From positions 1 to 63,387 of IMG/VR virus record IMGVR_UViG_3300037558_002241: a DNA stretch of 63,387 bases; one strand, written 5' to 3'. The notes beneath the pieces are model-generated. The model saw only the letters and a list, made by a program, of their open reading frames with translations. It searched no databases and was not told the origin of the DNA. The position numbers and the translations under genes were made by a program. Positions 1 to 9,712 of this stretch are shown piece by piece. This stretch comes from a virus. Its lineage: Duplodnaviria > Caudoviricetes. Every line of letters begins with the position of its first letter. Position 1 is the stretch's first letter.

Positions 1-182
1 AAGGTGGTTGCAGTAATATTGTTGCCACTTACAGCATACGTAGACCCAATTCTGGTAGCTTGAGATGCCGCAGCATCAACACTCAATTGGGTGGAAGTAG
101 TCATGCGATGAATCAAGTCTGCCTTTGCTGGCAGTGCGATTGTGGAACCCACTATCGCTACTGCAAAAAGCACTCTTTTCAT
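1..182 (-). CDS. Partial hypothetical protein with signal-peptide-like N-terminus; runs off the window edge
   Basis: Manual translation from ATG at 182: MKRVLFAVAIVGSTIALPAKADLIHRMTTSTQLSVDAAASQATRIGSTYAVSGNNITATT; TAAATA late-promoter motif on the minus strand at 208-213. Confidence 0.7.
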   Translation of the reverse strand, partial: MKRVLFAVAIVGSTIALPAKADLIHRMTTSTQLSVDAAASQATRIGSTYAVSGNNITATT

Positions 183-249
183 TTTTGATACTCATACATT
201 CTAAGGTTATTTAGTTAGATGCTATATACTGTGGAAGGTTATTATTACA

Positions 250-906
250 ATGCAAATTTTTCTTGACACCGCCGACACTGAAATTATCAATCAACATTTA
301 CCAACAGGTATGATTGATGGAGTGACAACTAACCCTACATTGATGGTGAAGAGTGGAAAATGTCCTGATGATGTTTATGAAGAACTTGTATCAATGGGGT
401 TACAAGATATTAGTATGGAAGTTGGTGGTAATGCTCTAGAAATGCTTGAGGAAGGTAGACGACTTGCTAATAAATTTGGTAGGGCAGCAACAATCAAAGT
501 TCCTTGCACACCAGATGGTCTTTGGGTATGTAAGGAACTTGCTAAGGATTTGATTAGGGTCAACGTTACGTTGATATTCTCCGCAGCACAGGCAATCTTG
601 GCTGCCAAATCTAATGCTACATATGTCTCTCCTTTCATTGGCAGACTCGATGACAACTCGGTTGCTGGATTAGAAGTAGTTCGTTCTATTGCAGAAGTTT
701 ATCGAGTGAAAAATGTAAGGACTAAGATCCTTGCTGCATCTCTTAGGGATGTTTATAAAGTAACCCGTGCTTTCTACAACGGTGCTGATATTGTTACTAT
801 GCCACCTGCGGTATTTGAAAAGATGTACAAGCATGTATTGACTGATGCTGGTCTAGAAATCTTCAATAAAAACTTGGAAGAGATCGCTAATGCAACTCAT
901 TCATGA
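250..906 (+). CDS. talC: Transaldolase (TalC/fructose-6-phosphate aldolase family), cyanophage auxiliary metabolic gene
   Basis: IFLDTAD, GVTTNPTL, IKVPCT, VNVTLIFS, YVSPFIGRLDD, ILAASLR motifs; 218 aa. Confidence 0.95.
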   Translation: MQIFLDTADTEIINQHLPTGMIDGVTTNPTLMVKSGKCPDDVYEELVSMGLQDISMEVGGNALEMLEEGRRLANKFGRAATIKVPCTPDGLWVCKELAKDLIRVNVTLIFSAAQAILAAKSNATYVSPFIGRLDDNSVAGLEVVRSIAEVYRVKNVRTKILAASLRDVYKVTRAFYNGADIVTMPPAVFEKMYKHVLTDAGLEIFNKNLEEIANATHS

Positions 907-1396
907 TGCAGTATCTTCTGACTTGGTGGCGAAATGTATTAGAGAAATTTACGCTCGTCAGAAATTGGATGTATGGGGTTTTAGTAAATGGAAATGGGGG
1001 CAGTCCCTTACTAAGGGAATGCGTAATTATTGTTTATCCACAAGACCATCGGCAGAAGTCATCAATCAGATCAAGGTATCTCTAAACCAATACTTCTGTA
1101 GTCCAATTACAAATGTAAATTATCATGTGTGGTTACCTGGTTCAGGTATCAACTGGCATGATGATGGTGGTAATGATGCAGGAGGAACTTTGTATTTGAA
1201 TACATGGATACCTGAGTTGGGTGGAGTCTTCATGTGGAAAGACAAAGACACTGACGAACTAAAAAGTATTTCTCCTGTAGAGAACATGATGATAGTAAAT
1301 AATAATCACGAAAGACATGCTGTGTCACCCATAATCGGTGGTGAACAAGCACAAGTAAGAATGTCCGTACAAATTTTCTGTAAGAGCAATGACTAA
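890..1396 (+). CDS. 2OG-Fe(II) oxygenase (prolyl-hydroxylase-like)
   Basis: INWHDD (HxD), TLYLNTW..GG, HAVSP, RMSVQIF. Confidence 0.8.
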   Translation: MQLIHDAVSSDLVAKCIREIYARQKLDVWGFSKWKWGQSLTKGMRNYCLSTRPSAEVINQIKVSLNQYFCSPITNVNYHVWLPGSGINWHDDGGNDAGGTLYLNTWIPELGGVFMWKDKDTDELKSISPVENMMIVNNNHERHAVSPIIGGEQAQVRMSVQIFCKSND

Positions 1397-1634
1397 CATT
1401 AGTATTCAATGCCTACAATGTGGTGCTGAACTAAATTACGATGGCAAACCTGTATTCTGTGGTTGTCCTAACGCCGCTTCAATCCGTAGAGATGTAATCA
1501 CTGCTATGGATCTTGATTTGGTTAGGTATATTTCTAAGAAGGAACAAGGTCTGGGGTTTACCCGGCAAGATCTTGAGTTTCAAGAAGAACGCAGACATCG
1601 AAAGGTGAGGAAACTAAAATTTGAAGAGCGTTGA
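1389..1634 (+). CDS. Small hypothetical protein, putative Zn-binding
   Basis: CLQC..CGCPN; basic C-terminus; overlaps both neighbours. Confidence 0.7.
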   Translation: MTNISIQCLQCGAELNYDGKPVFCGCPNAASIRRDVITAMDLDLVRYISKKEQGLGFTRQDLEFQEERRHRKVRKLKFEER

Positions 1635-2175
1635 TTTCTCAGACTCAATACACTACACCAACATCGGCACTGACTGGATCGATACTGGTCTATACCGTAA
1701 ACTAATACTGCAACACAAGTGGAGTAAGAGAAACTATTCCCAAGGACAATACGTATTTGATATAGCACCTAATAATATAAGATACTTTCAACCTTTGTTT
1801 GACATCGTATTCTCTGAGGTTAGGAAGTTATATCCTGCTGCAATAATACCTGACAAGTTTGCATCAAGTTGTTGGGCATATGTATCTAATGAGGAGAGAA
1901 GTGTGAGTGTCTTACACAACCACATCTCAGAAAAAATATCGCGGGACTTATCTACGGTATTCTATATGAAGAAACCTAAAGACTCAGGGGATATTCTTTT
2001 CCTGATCGATGGTAAAAAACACATACATAGTCCGGTAGAGGGCGAACTTTTAGTTTTCCCCGCTACTTATTATCACTCTCCGTTGCCTTCAAATACTAAG
2101 GACTATCGGATCGCGATCAACATCAACGTTATCACTCATAACAAATACAATTGTTTCTTGACAAGTGATGTGTGA
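1621..2175 (+). CDS. Putative 2OG-Fe(II) oxygenase
   Basis: LHNH, STVFY, GELLVFPATYYH, RIAININ. Confidence 0.7.
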   Translation: MKSVDFSDSIHYTNIGTDWIDTGLYRKLILQHKWSKRNYSQGQYVFDIAPNNIRYFQPLFDIVFSEVRKLYPAAIIPDKFASSCWAYVSNEERSVSVLHNHISEKISRDLSTVFYMKKPKDSGDILFLIDGKKHIHSPVEGELLVFPATYYHSPLPSNTKDYRIAININVITHNKYNCFLTSDV

Positions 2176-2186
2176 TCGCATATAAT
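2158..2186 (+). promoter_or_regulatory. Consensus sigma70-type (early) promoter upstream of the glycosylation island
   Basis: TTGACA (2158-2163), 17-bp spacer, TATAAT (2181-2186). Confidence 0.8.
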
Positions 2187-2207
2187 GAACTCGTTACCAT
2201 ACCAACA

Positions 2208-2438
2208 ATGTCTAGAGGCCAGTTTCTCGCCAAGTTCAAAAACGTCACCCACCACCTGGTAGATGCCGTTGAGTCTAAGGTAGATCTAGAGTACGATCAC
2301 CCTTCACTTTACGATCAACTCATCAGTCACTACAAACAAGAATCAGAGTTTGATTTTTACGGAGACAAAGAGAAGGATTATGATGTGGTTATAGATAAAC
2401 TTGAATATGATTTGATGAACACTGGAGTTATGCAGTGA
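2208..2438 (+). CDS. Hypothetical protein
   Basis: ORF track 2172-2438; ATG at 2208 preferred because the promoter covers 2158-2186. Confidence 0.65.
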   Translation: MSRGQFLAKFKNVTHHLVDAVESKVDLEYDHPSLYDQLISHYKQESEFDFYGDKEKDYDVVIDKLEYDLMNTGVMQ

Positions 2439-2794
2439 AAGAAGAACGCCCTTGGGGTTGGTATGAAACTATTGAAAGTGGTGAAGGATACAAAGTAAAA
2501 AAAATTCACGTACATTCAGGGCAACGTTTCTCACTACAGTTCCATAGAAAACGAGAAGAACACTGGGTTATTATTGATGGTACGGGTGTAGTAACACTCG
2601 GAGAACATGAATATCAGGCTAACCCTGGTAGTTTTTTTACCGTAAGTATTGAGCAACGGCATCGTGTCGCAGCGGGTAAGGATGGTCTTACTTTTATTGA
2701 AGTTCAGAGAGGGCAATGTAGTGAGAGAGATATTGTTAGACTAGAGGACGATTACGGTCGTCACGTACCATCTTTCTTGGAAATGTTGACATGA
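2435..2794 (+). CDS. Mannose-6-phosphate isomerase (type II, cupin domain)
   Basis: RPWGWY, SLQFHRKREEHW, IEVQRG, EDIVRLEDDYGR-like motifs. Confidence 0.9.
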   Translation: MKEERPWGWYETIESGEGYKVKKIHVHSGQRFSLQFHRKREEHWVIIDGTGVVTLGEHEYQANPGSFFTVSIEQRHRVAAGKDGLTFIEVQRGQCSERDIVRLEDDYGRHVPSFLEMLT

Positions 2795-3735
2795 CATATA
2801 TGGTAACCGGCGGTGCCGGGTTCATCGGGAGTAATTTTTTACACTTTCTTCGTAGGAAAACTGATGAAGAGATTGTTGTTCTTGATAACTTGACATATGC
2901 TGCTGACCTAAGGTTTATTCCTAGGGGGCAGCAGTTTCAGTTTGAGTGGTGTGACATTACGAATGAAGAGCATGTTCATTTCTTGTTTGAGAAGTATGCT
3001 CCAAGAAAGGTATGGCACTTCGCTGCTGAGAGTCATGTAGATAATAGTATTACCAACTACAGACCATTTTTAGAATCAAACGTTGTTGGTACTATCAATT
3101 TACTCAATGCATCCTTGAACATGGGGATTGAAAAGTTCCATCACATCTCTACTGATGAGGTGTATGGATCCCTTGAGTATGATGATGTAGAACTATTCAA
3201 AGAAGACACTCCATATAATCCTAGCAATCCATACTCTGCAAGTAAAGCAGCGTCAGATCATTATGTAAAGACTTGGCATAACACATATGATTTACCGTAT
3301 TTGATTACTAACTGTAGTAATAACTATGGAAGGCATCAGCATGAAGAGAAACTGATCCCTAAAATTATCAAACGTGCTATGAAGGATCAGAACATTTTCA
3401 TGTATGGTGGTGGTCAACAGATTCGTGACTGGTTGTCTGTGGTAGATCACTGCAAAGCAATCTGGTCTCTAGAAGAATGTGGTATCATCAATGATCAATT
3501 CAATATTGGTGGTGGATGTGAGATGAGAAATATTGATGTCACCAAGATGGTGCTTGATGCTATCGATAAACCCTACGGTCTTATTGGCATTTCAGATCAA
3601 AGACCCGGACAAGACAAACGATATGCCATAGATTATGGTAAAATAACAAAGACTACTGGGTGGGAACCCGCTATTGAATTTGAACTTGGATTGCGAGCAA
3701 CTGTATCATGGTACTTAGAAAGATGGGGAATGTGA
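2791..3735 (+). CDS. rfbB: dTDP-glucose 4,6-dehydratase
   Basis: VTGGAGFIGSNF, LTYAA, HFAAESHVD, HISTDEVYG, PYSASKA, NCSNNYG. Confidence 0.92.
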   Translation: MTYMVTGGAGFIGSNFLHFLRRKTDEEIVVLDNLTYAADLRFIPRGQQFQFEWCDITNEEHVHFLFEKYAPRKVWHFAAESHVDNSITNYRPFLESNVVGTINLLNASLNMGIEKFHHISTDEVYGSLEYDDVELFKEDTPYNPSNPYSASKAASDHYVKTWHNTYDLPYLITNCSNNYGRHQHEEKLIPKIIKRAMKDQNIFMYGGGQQIRDWLSVVDHCKAIWSLEECGIINDQFNIGGGCEMRNIDVTKMVLDAIDKPYGLIGISDQRPGQDKRYAIDYGKITKTTGWEPAIEFELGLRATVSWYLERWGM

Positions 3736-4559
3736 AATCGTTCAACAGTCCAGTCACTCTTTACGGTCCTGGTTTTGTAGGTGGTAGGTATGCTGAGATG
3801 TTTCCTGATACGATAGTACAGGAACGCGATGAATACAAACCACAATCTAAGAAGATCCTTTACATGATCTCTACAGTGGACAATTATAATGTCCATAAAG
3901 ATGTTGGTTTAGATGTTGACACTAACCTTCGTGTGTTATGTGATGTCCTAGAGAACTGTCGCAAAGAAGACATTGAGTTCAACTTTATCTCTTCTTGGTT
4001 TGTCTATGGTAAAGGTGGACCTATCCCTGCGTTTGAGGATTCTTTATGTAATCCTACTGGGTTCTATAGTATCACCAAGAGGTGTGCAGAAGACTTGATC
4101 AAGTCTTTCTGTGAGGTGTATAAGATGAAGTATCGTATCCTTCGTTTGTGTAATGTTTTGGGTGATGATCCTAAAGCATCGAAGCAGAAGAATGCAATCA
4201 TGTGGATGATCAATCAACTCAAAGAGGATAAACCAATCAACCTTTATGATGGTGGTAGTCATCGTCGAGATGTCATGCACGTTGATGATGTGTGTCGTGC
4301 TATCAAAACTGTGATTGATGACGGTGACTTGAATGCCACATATAATATTGGGTCAGGTAGACCTACAACAATCGGTGAGATCGTTGAGATCGCTGCTAAT
4401 TGTACGGGTACTAGATCCCATATAGATAGTATTGAACCACCAAAGTTTCATAAGGATGTCCAGACTCAAGACTTTTATCTAGACACCAGTAAACTACAAT
4501 CGTTAGGTTTCAAACCTACTATGGACACCCTTGAGATGGTTGAATCGTTATGTCTGTGA
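3732..4559 (+). CDS. NAD-dependent epimerase/dehydratase
   Basis: GPGFVG, FISSWFVYG, YSITK, LRLCNVLG, HVDDV; GTG start overlapping the upstream stop preferred. Confidence 0.85.
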   Translation: MKSFNSPVTLYGPGFVGGRYAEMFPDTIVQERDEYKPQSKKILYMISTVDNYNVHKDVGLDVDTNLRVLCDVLENCRKEDIEFNFISSWFVYGKGGPIPAFEDSLCNPTGFYSITKRCAEDLIKSFCEVYKMKYRILRLCNVLGDDPKASKQKNAIMWMINQLKEDKPINLYDGGSHRRDVMHVDDVCRAIKTVIDDGDLNATYNIGSGRPTTIGEIVEIAANCTGTRSHIDSIEPPKFHKDVQTQDFYLDTSKLQSLGFKPTMDTLEMVESLCL

Positions 4560-5854
4560 AGAGTAAGGTTGAAGATTTTGTTGCTTCGCTAGAGGCAGAT
4601 GGAGAAGAACTATTCCCCTTCATGGCAAACAAGGGGTGGAAACCTGGTGACAATGTGTATTACTCTGGTCCCTATTGGGATGAGAAGGAACCTGTTGCTG
4701 CTATCACCACCATGCTACAGGGTAAGTGGTTGCCTGCTGGTGAGGAAGTCAATAAATTTGAACGTGCATTCTCCAAACAGTTTGGGTTTGACCACTCTGT
4801 GATGGTGAACAGTGGATCATCTGCCAACCTGGTGATGATTGCTGCACTCAAAAAGTATTTTGATTGGCATGATGGAGATGAGATTATCGTCTGCACTTGT
4901 GGTTTCCCCACCACTATCAATCCCATCATCCAGAACGGACTCAAACCAGTCTTTGTTGATATCAACTACGATGATCTCAACTGGGATCTTGATCAACTAG
5001 AGAGTAAGATTACTCCTAGAACAGTGGCGCTTTTTTCGTCTCCTGTTCTGGGAAACCCCTATGACTTCGATAAGTTCATTGAGATTGTCAATAGGAATAA
5101 CTTGCGGTACGTCGCTGACAACTGTGACTCGCTCGGTTCCAAGTGGCGTGGTGAGTTGCTTACCAAACATGCCGTCGCAGCGTCTTGTTCGTTCTATCCA
5201 GCGCACCATATCAGCACGATTGAAGGCGGGATGGTTTCCTCCAACATTGAGCAGATCGTTCAGATCGCCAGGTCCTTTGCCTGGTGGGGGAGAGGTTGTT
5301 ATTGTGTAGGATCCCAGAATAAATTGCCCAACGGTGTCTGTGGTGCTCGGTTCGATAGATGGTTGGAAGGGTACGATCAAGATGTCGATCATAAGTACGT
5401 CTTTGGCGTTCAGGGATACAACCTCAAGCCTGCCGACCTGCAAGGGTCTATTGGGTTGGTACAGTTGACTAAGCAAGACGATATACATCGCATCCGTCGT
5501 AGCAACAAAGCTAGACTTCATGAGATCTTCAGTCAAATTCCTGGTGCTCGGGTTATTGAAGAGAAAGAGCATGCAGAGACCAGTTGGTTTGGTGTTCCTA
5601 TTGTATGTGGAGAATATAAACACCGCCTTGTAAAATATTTAGAAGACAATAAAGTCCAAACAAGAAACTATTTTGCTGGTAATATTCTAATGCATCCTGC
5701 ATATAGACATATTGAACCTGCAAGTAACTATCCAAATGCATGTAAGGTGTTGGATAATGTATTTTTTGTAGGATGTAGTCCCGTTATTACTGAACCCATG
5801 CTAGAATATATAGATGAAGTTGTATGCAATTACTGTAGTAAGTACTATCAATGA
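4550..5854 (+). CDS. DegT/DnrJ/EryC1/StrS PLP enzyme, RfbH/DdhC-like (4-keto-6-deoxysugar 3-dehydrase type)
   Basis: VNSGSSANL, DNCDSLG, SFYPAHH (His in place of the aminotransferase Lys), WGRGCYC, GYNLK. Confidence 0.85.
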   Translation: MSVKSKVEDFVASLEADGEELFPFMANKGWKPGDNVYYSGPYWDEKEPVAAITTMLQGKWLPAGEEVNKFERAFSKQFGFDHSVMVNSGSSANLVMIAALKKYFDWHDGDEIIVCTCGFPTTINPIIQNGLKPVFVDINYDDLNWDLDQLESKITPRTVALFSSPVLGNPYDFDKFIEIVNRNNLRYVADNCDSLGSKWRGELLTKHAVAASCSFYPAHHISTIEGGMVSSNIEQIVQIARSFAWWGRGCYCVGSQNKLPNGVCGARFDRWLEGYDQDVDHKYVFGVQGYNLKPADLQGSIGLVQLTKQDDIHRIRRSNKARLHEIFSQIPGARVIEEKEHAETSWFGVPIVCGEYKHRLVKYLEDNKVQTRNYFAGNILMHPAYRHIEPASNYPNACKVLDNVFFVGCSPVITEPMLEYIDEVVCNYCSKYYQ

Positions 5855-6942
5855 AAACAGCATTAGTATTGGGTGCCGGTGGTTTCATCGGCAGTCACAT
5901 GGTCAAACGTCTCAAGTCTGAAGGATATTGGGTTCGTGGTGTAGACCTCAAGGTTCCTGACTTCTCAGATTCAGCAGCGGATGAATTCATCCAAGGTGAT
6001 CTGCGAAGATATTCTATTGTCGAACGTGTGATTCAGTACAAAGGTAAACAGGGTAACTTTTATAACTCTGTTCCTTACCAGCACATTGGCACCTTTGATG
6101 AGATCTATCAGTTTGCTGCCGACATGGGTGGTGCTGGTTACATCTTCACGGGTGAGCATGATGCAGACATCATGCATAACTCTGCAAGCATCAACTTGAA
6201 CTTGCTACAGGCAGTCCACAAATTCAATGAGACCTTTGATGGTCGTAATAAAGAGTGGACAGAAGCAAATCGTCCTAAGAAAGATCAACCCACAAAGATC
6301 TTTTACAGTTCTTCTGCCTGCATGTATCCAGAACATAACCAACTTGATCCTGATAACCCTGACTGCCGTGAAGAATCCGCATACCCAGCAGCACCAGACT
6401 CCGAATACGGATGGGAAAAACTCTTCAGTGAGCGGCTCTATCTTAGTTTCGCAAGGAATCATGGCATCCCTGTTTGTATTGCTAGGTATCACAATATCTT
6501 TGGTCCCGAAGGTACCTGGTACGGTGGAAAAGAGAAAGCTCCCGCTGCCATCTGTCGAAAGGTTGCCTATGCTAATCCCGGAGCAAGAATCGAAGTCTGG
6601 GGGGATGGATTACAAACTAGGTCTTTCCTATACATCGATGAATGCATCGAAGCAACTCGACGTTTGATGCAGTCAGACTTCCAGGGACCTGTCAACATTG
6701 GTTCTGAAGAGATGGTAACTATCAACCAACTGGTAGATACTGCTGCCAAGGTTGCCAACAAAGAAATTGGTAAGAAGCACGTAGACGTTCCTCATACTGG
6801 TGTACGTGGTCGCAACTCTAACAATGATCTCATCCGAGAAAAACTTGGATGGGATTATAATCAAACTCTAGAGGAAGGTATGAGGAAAACATATAACTGG
6901 ATCATGCTTCAAATTGCCACGGATTTTACTAACGACAAATGA
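5851..6942 (+). CDS. NAD-dependent epimerase, GDP-mannose 3,5-epimerase-like
   Basis: GAGGFIG, QFAADMGGAG, YSSSACMYP, YGWEKLFSE, GGKEKAPAAICRK, GVRGRNSNN. Confidence 0.85.
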   Translation: MKTALVLGAGGFIGSHMVKRLKSEGYWVRGVDLKVPDFSDSAADEFIQGDLRRYSIVERVIQYKGKQGNFYNSVPYQHIGTFDEIYQFAADMGGAGYIFTGEHDADIMHNSASINLNLLQAVHKFNETFDGRNKEWTEANRPKKDQPTKIFYSSSACMYPEHNQLDPDNPDCREESAYPAAPDSEYGWEKLFSERLYLSFARNHGIPVCIARYHNIFGPEGTWYGGKEKAPAAICRKVAYANPGARIEVWGDGLQTRSFLYIDECIEATRRLMQSDFQGPVNIGSEEMVTINQLVDTAAKVANKEIGKKHVDVPHTGVRGRNSNNDLIREKLGWDYNQTLEEGMRKTYNWIMLQIATDFTNDK

Positions 6943-7595
6943 ACACAACTTATAACTATGAACGGGATGCTCTGAAGAATCCTTTCACTGGGCATACTAA
7001 AGTTTTTGAAAATTTCTCTCAGGCATACCAGGATTTATTTGTCCTGACTATGCTGAAAGGAAAGAAGAATGGTAAGTATGTGGAGGTGGGTGCTAACCAT
7101 CCCCAATCTTTGAGCAATACTTTTCTACTTGAGACAGTATTTGGTTGGCGTGGTTTCTCTGTAGAAATTGAGCGTTCAATGTGTGAGGTTTTCAACGGAG
7201 ACCTGGCACGGCAGAACCATTGTTATGAAGCAGATGCAACTACGTTTGATTACTCCGAGGCAATTGCTAAAGAGAAGTGGCAGGGTCGTGTTGATTACTT
7301 CTCTGTTGACTGTGAACCTCCTGAGGTGACGTTCAAGGCACTCAAAGCATTCCCCCATGATAAATTCCGTGCCAGCGTCATCACCTTTGAACATGACTCT
7401 TACAAGGACGGTGACACCATTCGTGATCATTCACGTCAGTTCTTAGAGGATCTTGGTTACCAACTGGTATGTGCCAGTGTTTGTAATGGTGACAATGCTT
7501 ATGAAGATTGGTGGGTTGATCCTACTGTTGTAAAGGAGTCAGTTTGGAAACCTTTTGAGTGTGTTGATAAAGAAGCACGAACTATTTTGTTATGA
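6939..7595 (+). CDS. FkbM-like SAM-dependent methyltransferase
   Basis: SQAYQD, YVEVGA, SNTFLLE..GWRG..VE, DYFSVD, ITFEHD, YEDWWV. Confidence 0.75.
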   Translation: MNTTYNYERDALKNPFTGHTKVFENFSQAYQDLFVLTMLKGKKNGKYVEVGANHPQSLSNTFLLETVFGWRGFSVEIERSMCEVFNGDLARQNHCYEADATTFDYSEAIAKEKWQGRVDYFSVDCEPPEVTFKALKAFPHDKFRASVITFEHDSYKDGDTIRDHSRQFLEDLGYQLVCASVCNGDNAYEDWWVDPTVVKESVWKPFECVDKEARTILL

Positions 7596-8365
7596 AACTA
7601 TCTCATTGGTATGGTCGTTTAGGTAACAACATTCAGCAAGTTGCTAATGGGTTGATGAGTGCTCAGGCATACAAAACGACTTTTGAAAATACCCTTGATC
7701 ATAGTATTATTGAAAAATTTTCCTGTAGTTTTGGAGATAACATAGTCGATGCCGAAGGAAAGTTTTTCTATTGGGATGGTCCGTTCAAAGAAGTTCCGGT
7801 TGATAAGAATGTCTGCTATACGCAGATGCGTTCGTTTTGTAAGGAGTTTGTTCGCCCCAAACTACGACTACCCAGAGTGGATGTTGATTCTGATACTCTT
7901 GTTATTCATATTAGGAGTGGAGATGTTTTTGACCAAAGGGTTACTAACCCTAATCAATATGTTCCTAATCCTTTTTGTTTTTATTCTGCATTGTTGGAGC
8001 AGTTTGACAAGTGTATCGTAGTTACTGAAGATATAAAATATAATCCTATCCTCAAAGAGTTGGCATGGTACCCTAAGGTTACTATCCAATCTACAAGTGT
8101 AGAAGAAGACTTTGCTACGTTGTTGAATGCAAAACATCTTGCTACCTCTGGTGTAGGAACGTTTGGAATGGCAGCAGCGTTATGCAGTGACACTGTAGAG
8201 AACATATATTGTACTAATCTACATATAATGGAGCATCTAAACTATCAGATGCTGTATAATACTGACATTACCATCCACATGATGGTTCTGGATAACTACA
8301 TCAAAACTGGAGAATGGACTAACAGTGATCAGCAAAGAGAATTCCTCTTTTCTTACAAGGCATAG
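7592..8365 (+). CDS. Putative fucosyltransferase-like glycosyltransferase (GT11-like)
   Basis: GRLGNNIQQ, VIHIRSGD, EDFATL..A..L, GTF motifs. Confidence 0.65.
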   Translation: MKLSHWYGRLGNNIQQVANGLMSAQAYKTTFENTLDHSIIEKFSCSFGDNIVDAEGKFFYWDGPFKEVPVDKNVCYTQMRSFCKEFVRPKLRLPRVDVDSDTLVIHIRSGDVFDQRVTNPNQYVPNPFCFYSALLEQFDKCIVVTEDIKYNPILKELAWYPKVTIQSTSVEEDFATLLNAKHLATSGVGTFGMAAALCSDTVENIYCTNLHIMEHLNYQMLYNTDITIHMMVLDNYIKTGEWTNSDQQREFLFSYKA

Positions 8366-8867
8366 ACTTAGTGATGGGATAGTGACGCAGATTGAAAGTC
8401 TGTGTAAAAAACTTCCTTATTATTATTTTGAAGACTGTGCCTACGGAAATGATCATCACCCTCTAAGGACGGTGATGAACCCTTATTTTAGTTCTACTTT
8501 GTTGGGTGTAGATGGAAGCATTTCACCATTCTTTCGCGAGTTCCCTTGGAACGCTATCGGTCGAGAGATTGGTATGCCTAACAACCCAATGATGAGGTCT
8601 CATATGACCTTACAATATCCACGATCAGAGTCGTTTGGTATTCCCCACAACTCACATATAGATGATGACCGTCCACACATTGTAGGGTTGTATTATCCTA
8701 ATGATGCTGACGGAGATACTTTCTTTTTTGATGGAGACCAAAATGTCATACATAGAGAACCTCCGGAGCGGGGTAAGATGGTTACTTTTGACGGAAAGCA
8801 ATATCATTCCAGTTCTTCTCCAATTACTGGTGTTAGATTTACTTTGAATATCAATTATTGTCCATGA
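8325..8867 (+). CDS. 2OG-Fe(II) oxygenase
   Basis: HID, LYYPNDADGDTFFF, FDGKQYHSSSSP, RFTLNIN. Confidence 0.75.
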   Translation: MISKENSSFLTRHRLSDGIVTQIESLCKKLPYYYFEDCAYGNDHHPLRTVMNPYFSSTLLGVDGSISPFFREFPWNAIGREIGMPNNPMMRSHMTLQYPRSESFGIPHNSHIDDDRPHIVGLYYPNDADGDTFFFDGDQNVIHREPPERGKMVTFDGKQYHSSSSPITGVRFTLNINYCP

Positions 8868-9712
8868 AAATCTTCGACGTATTCACTTTTTACAATGAAT
8901 TAGATCTACTAGAACTGAGGATGAACATCCTCGGAGACTCAGTAGATTATTTTGTTATCAATGAGGCAAACATTACCTTTACAGGTAAACCCAAACCACT
9001 TTACTTTCAAGAGAACCGTAAGCGGTTCAAGAAGTGGGAGGATAAAATTATCCACCAGGTTACAATTGATGACAACAAAACTTTTGAGGCATACTATTCT
9101 GACATTCCCTACCACAGGAGCATGTTGGAAGAGAACATCTATCAACTGCCACTACCATATCAACGTGCATGCTTCCATAAGGACAGTGCAATCTATGGTC
9201 TGTTAGGTAAGGCAGAGGACGACGACCTCATCCTTACGAGTGATGCTGATGAGATCGCGAACCCTGAAGCATTGAAGTGTCTAGATGAGTGGTTTGATCC
9301 TAACCATCACTATGTTTTGACAGGTCCTCTGTTCTATTACTACCTCAATGTAAAGTGTGAAGAGCAGTGGATGGGCACACGAGTGTGTGACTTCAAGACA
9401 CTGAAGAGTATGAGTGTTGACAAACTCCGTCAGTCACATCAGGATGCATACAAACTTGCCGATGCATCATGGCATTGGAGTTTCTTTGGTGATGCTGACA
9501 CTGTGCGTCAGAAGATGGATGCCTATGAGCATCAAGAAAACAATTTGGAAGAGTATCGTTCCAGTATGGAGGATAGGATCGAGCAGAACCTAGACCCATA
9601 TGGTAGAACATATCTTTATCAACCAACTGTTGTAGAAATTGATGATACTTTCCCTAAGTACGTCCGGTCTCAGAAGAATCGTAAACTCAAAAAGTTTGTA
9701 AAAACATTATGA
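8864..9712 (+). CDS. GT17 beta-1,4-N-acetylglucosaminyltransferase-like
   Basis: IFDVFTFYNELDLLELR, VDYFVI.EAN.TFTGKPK, SDADEI, WHWSF. Confidence 0.85.
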   Translation: MKIFDVFTFYNELDLLELRMNILGDSVDYFVINEANITFTGKPKPLYFQENRKRFKKWEDKIIHQVTIDDNKTFEAYYSDIPYHRSMLEENIYQLPLPYQRACFHKDSAIYGLLGKAEDDDLILTSDADEIANPEALKCLDEWFDPNHHYVLTGPLFYYYLNVKCEEQWMGTRVCDFKTLKSMSVDKLRQSHQDAYKLADASWHWSFFGDADTVRQKMDAYEHQENNLEEYRSSMEDRIEQNLDPYGRTYLYQPTVVEIDDTFPKYVRSQKNRKLKKFVKTL

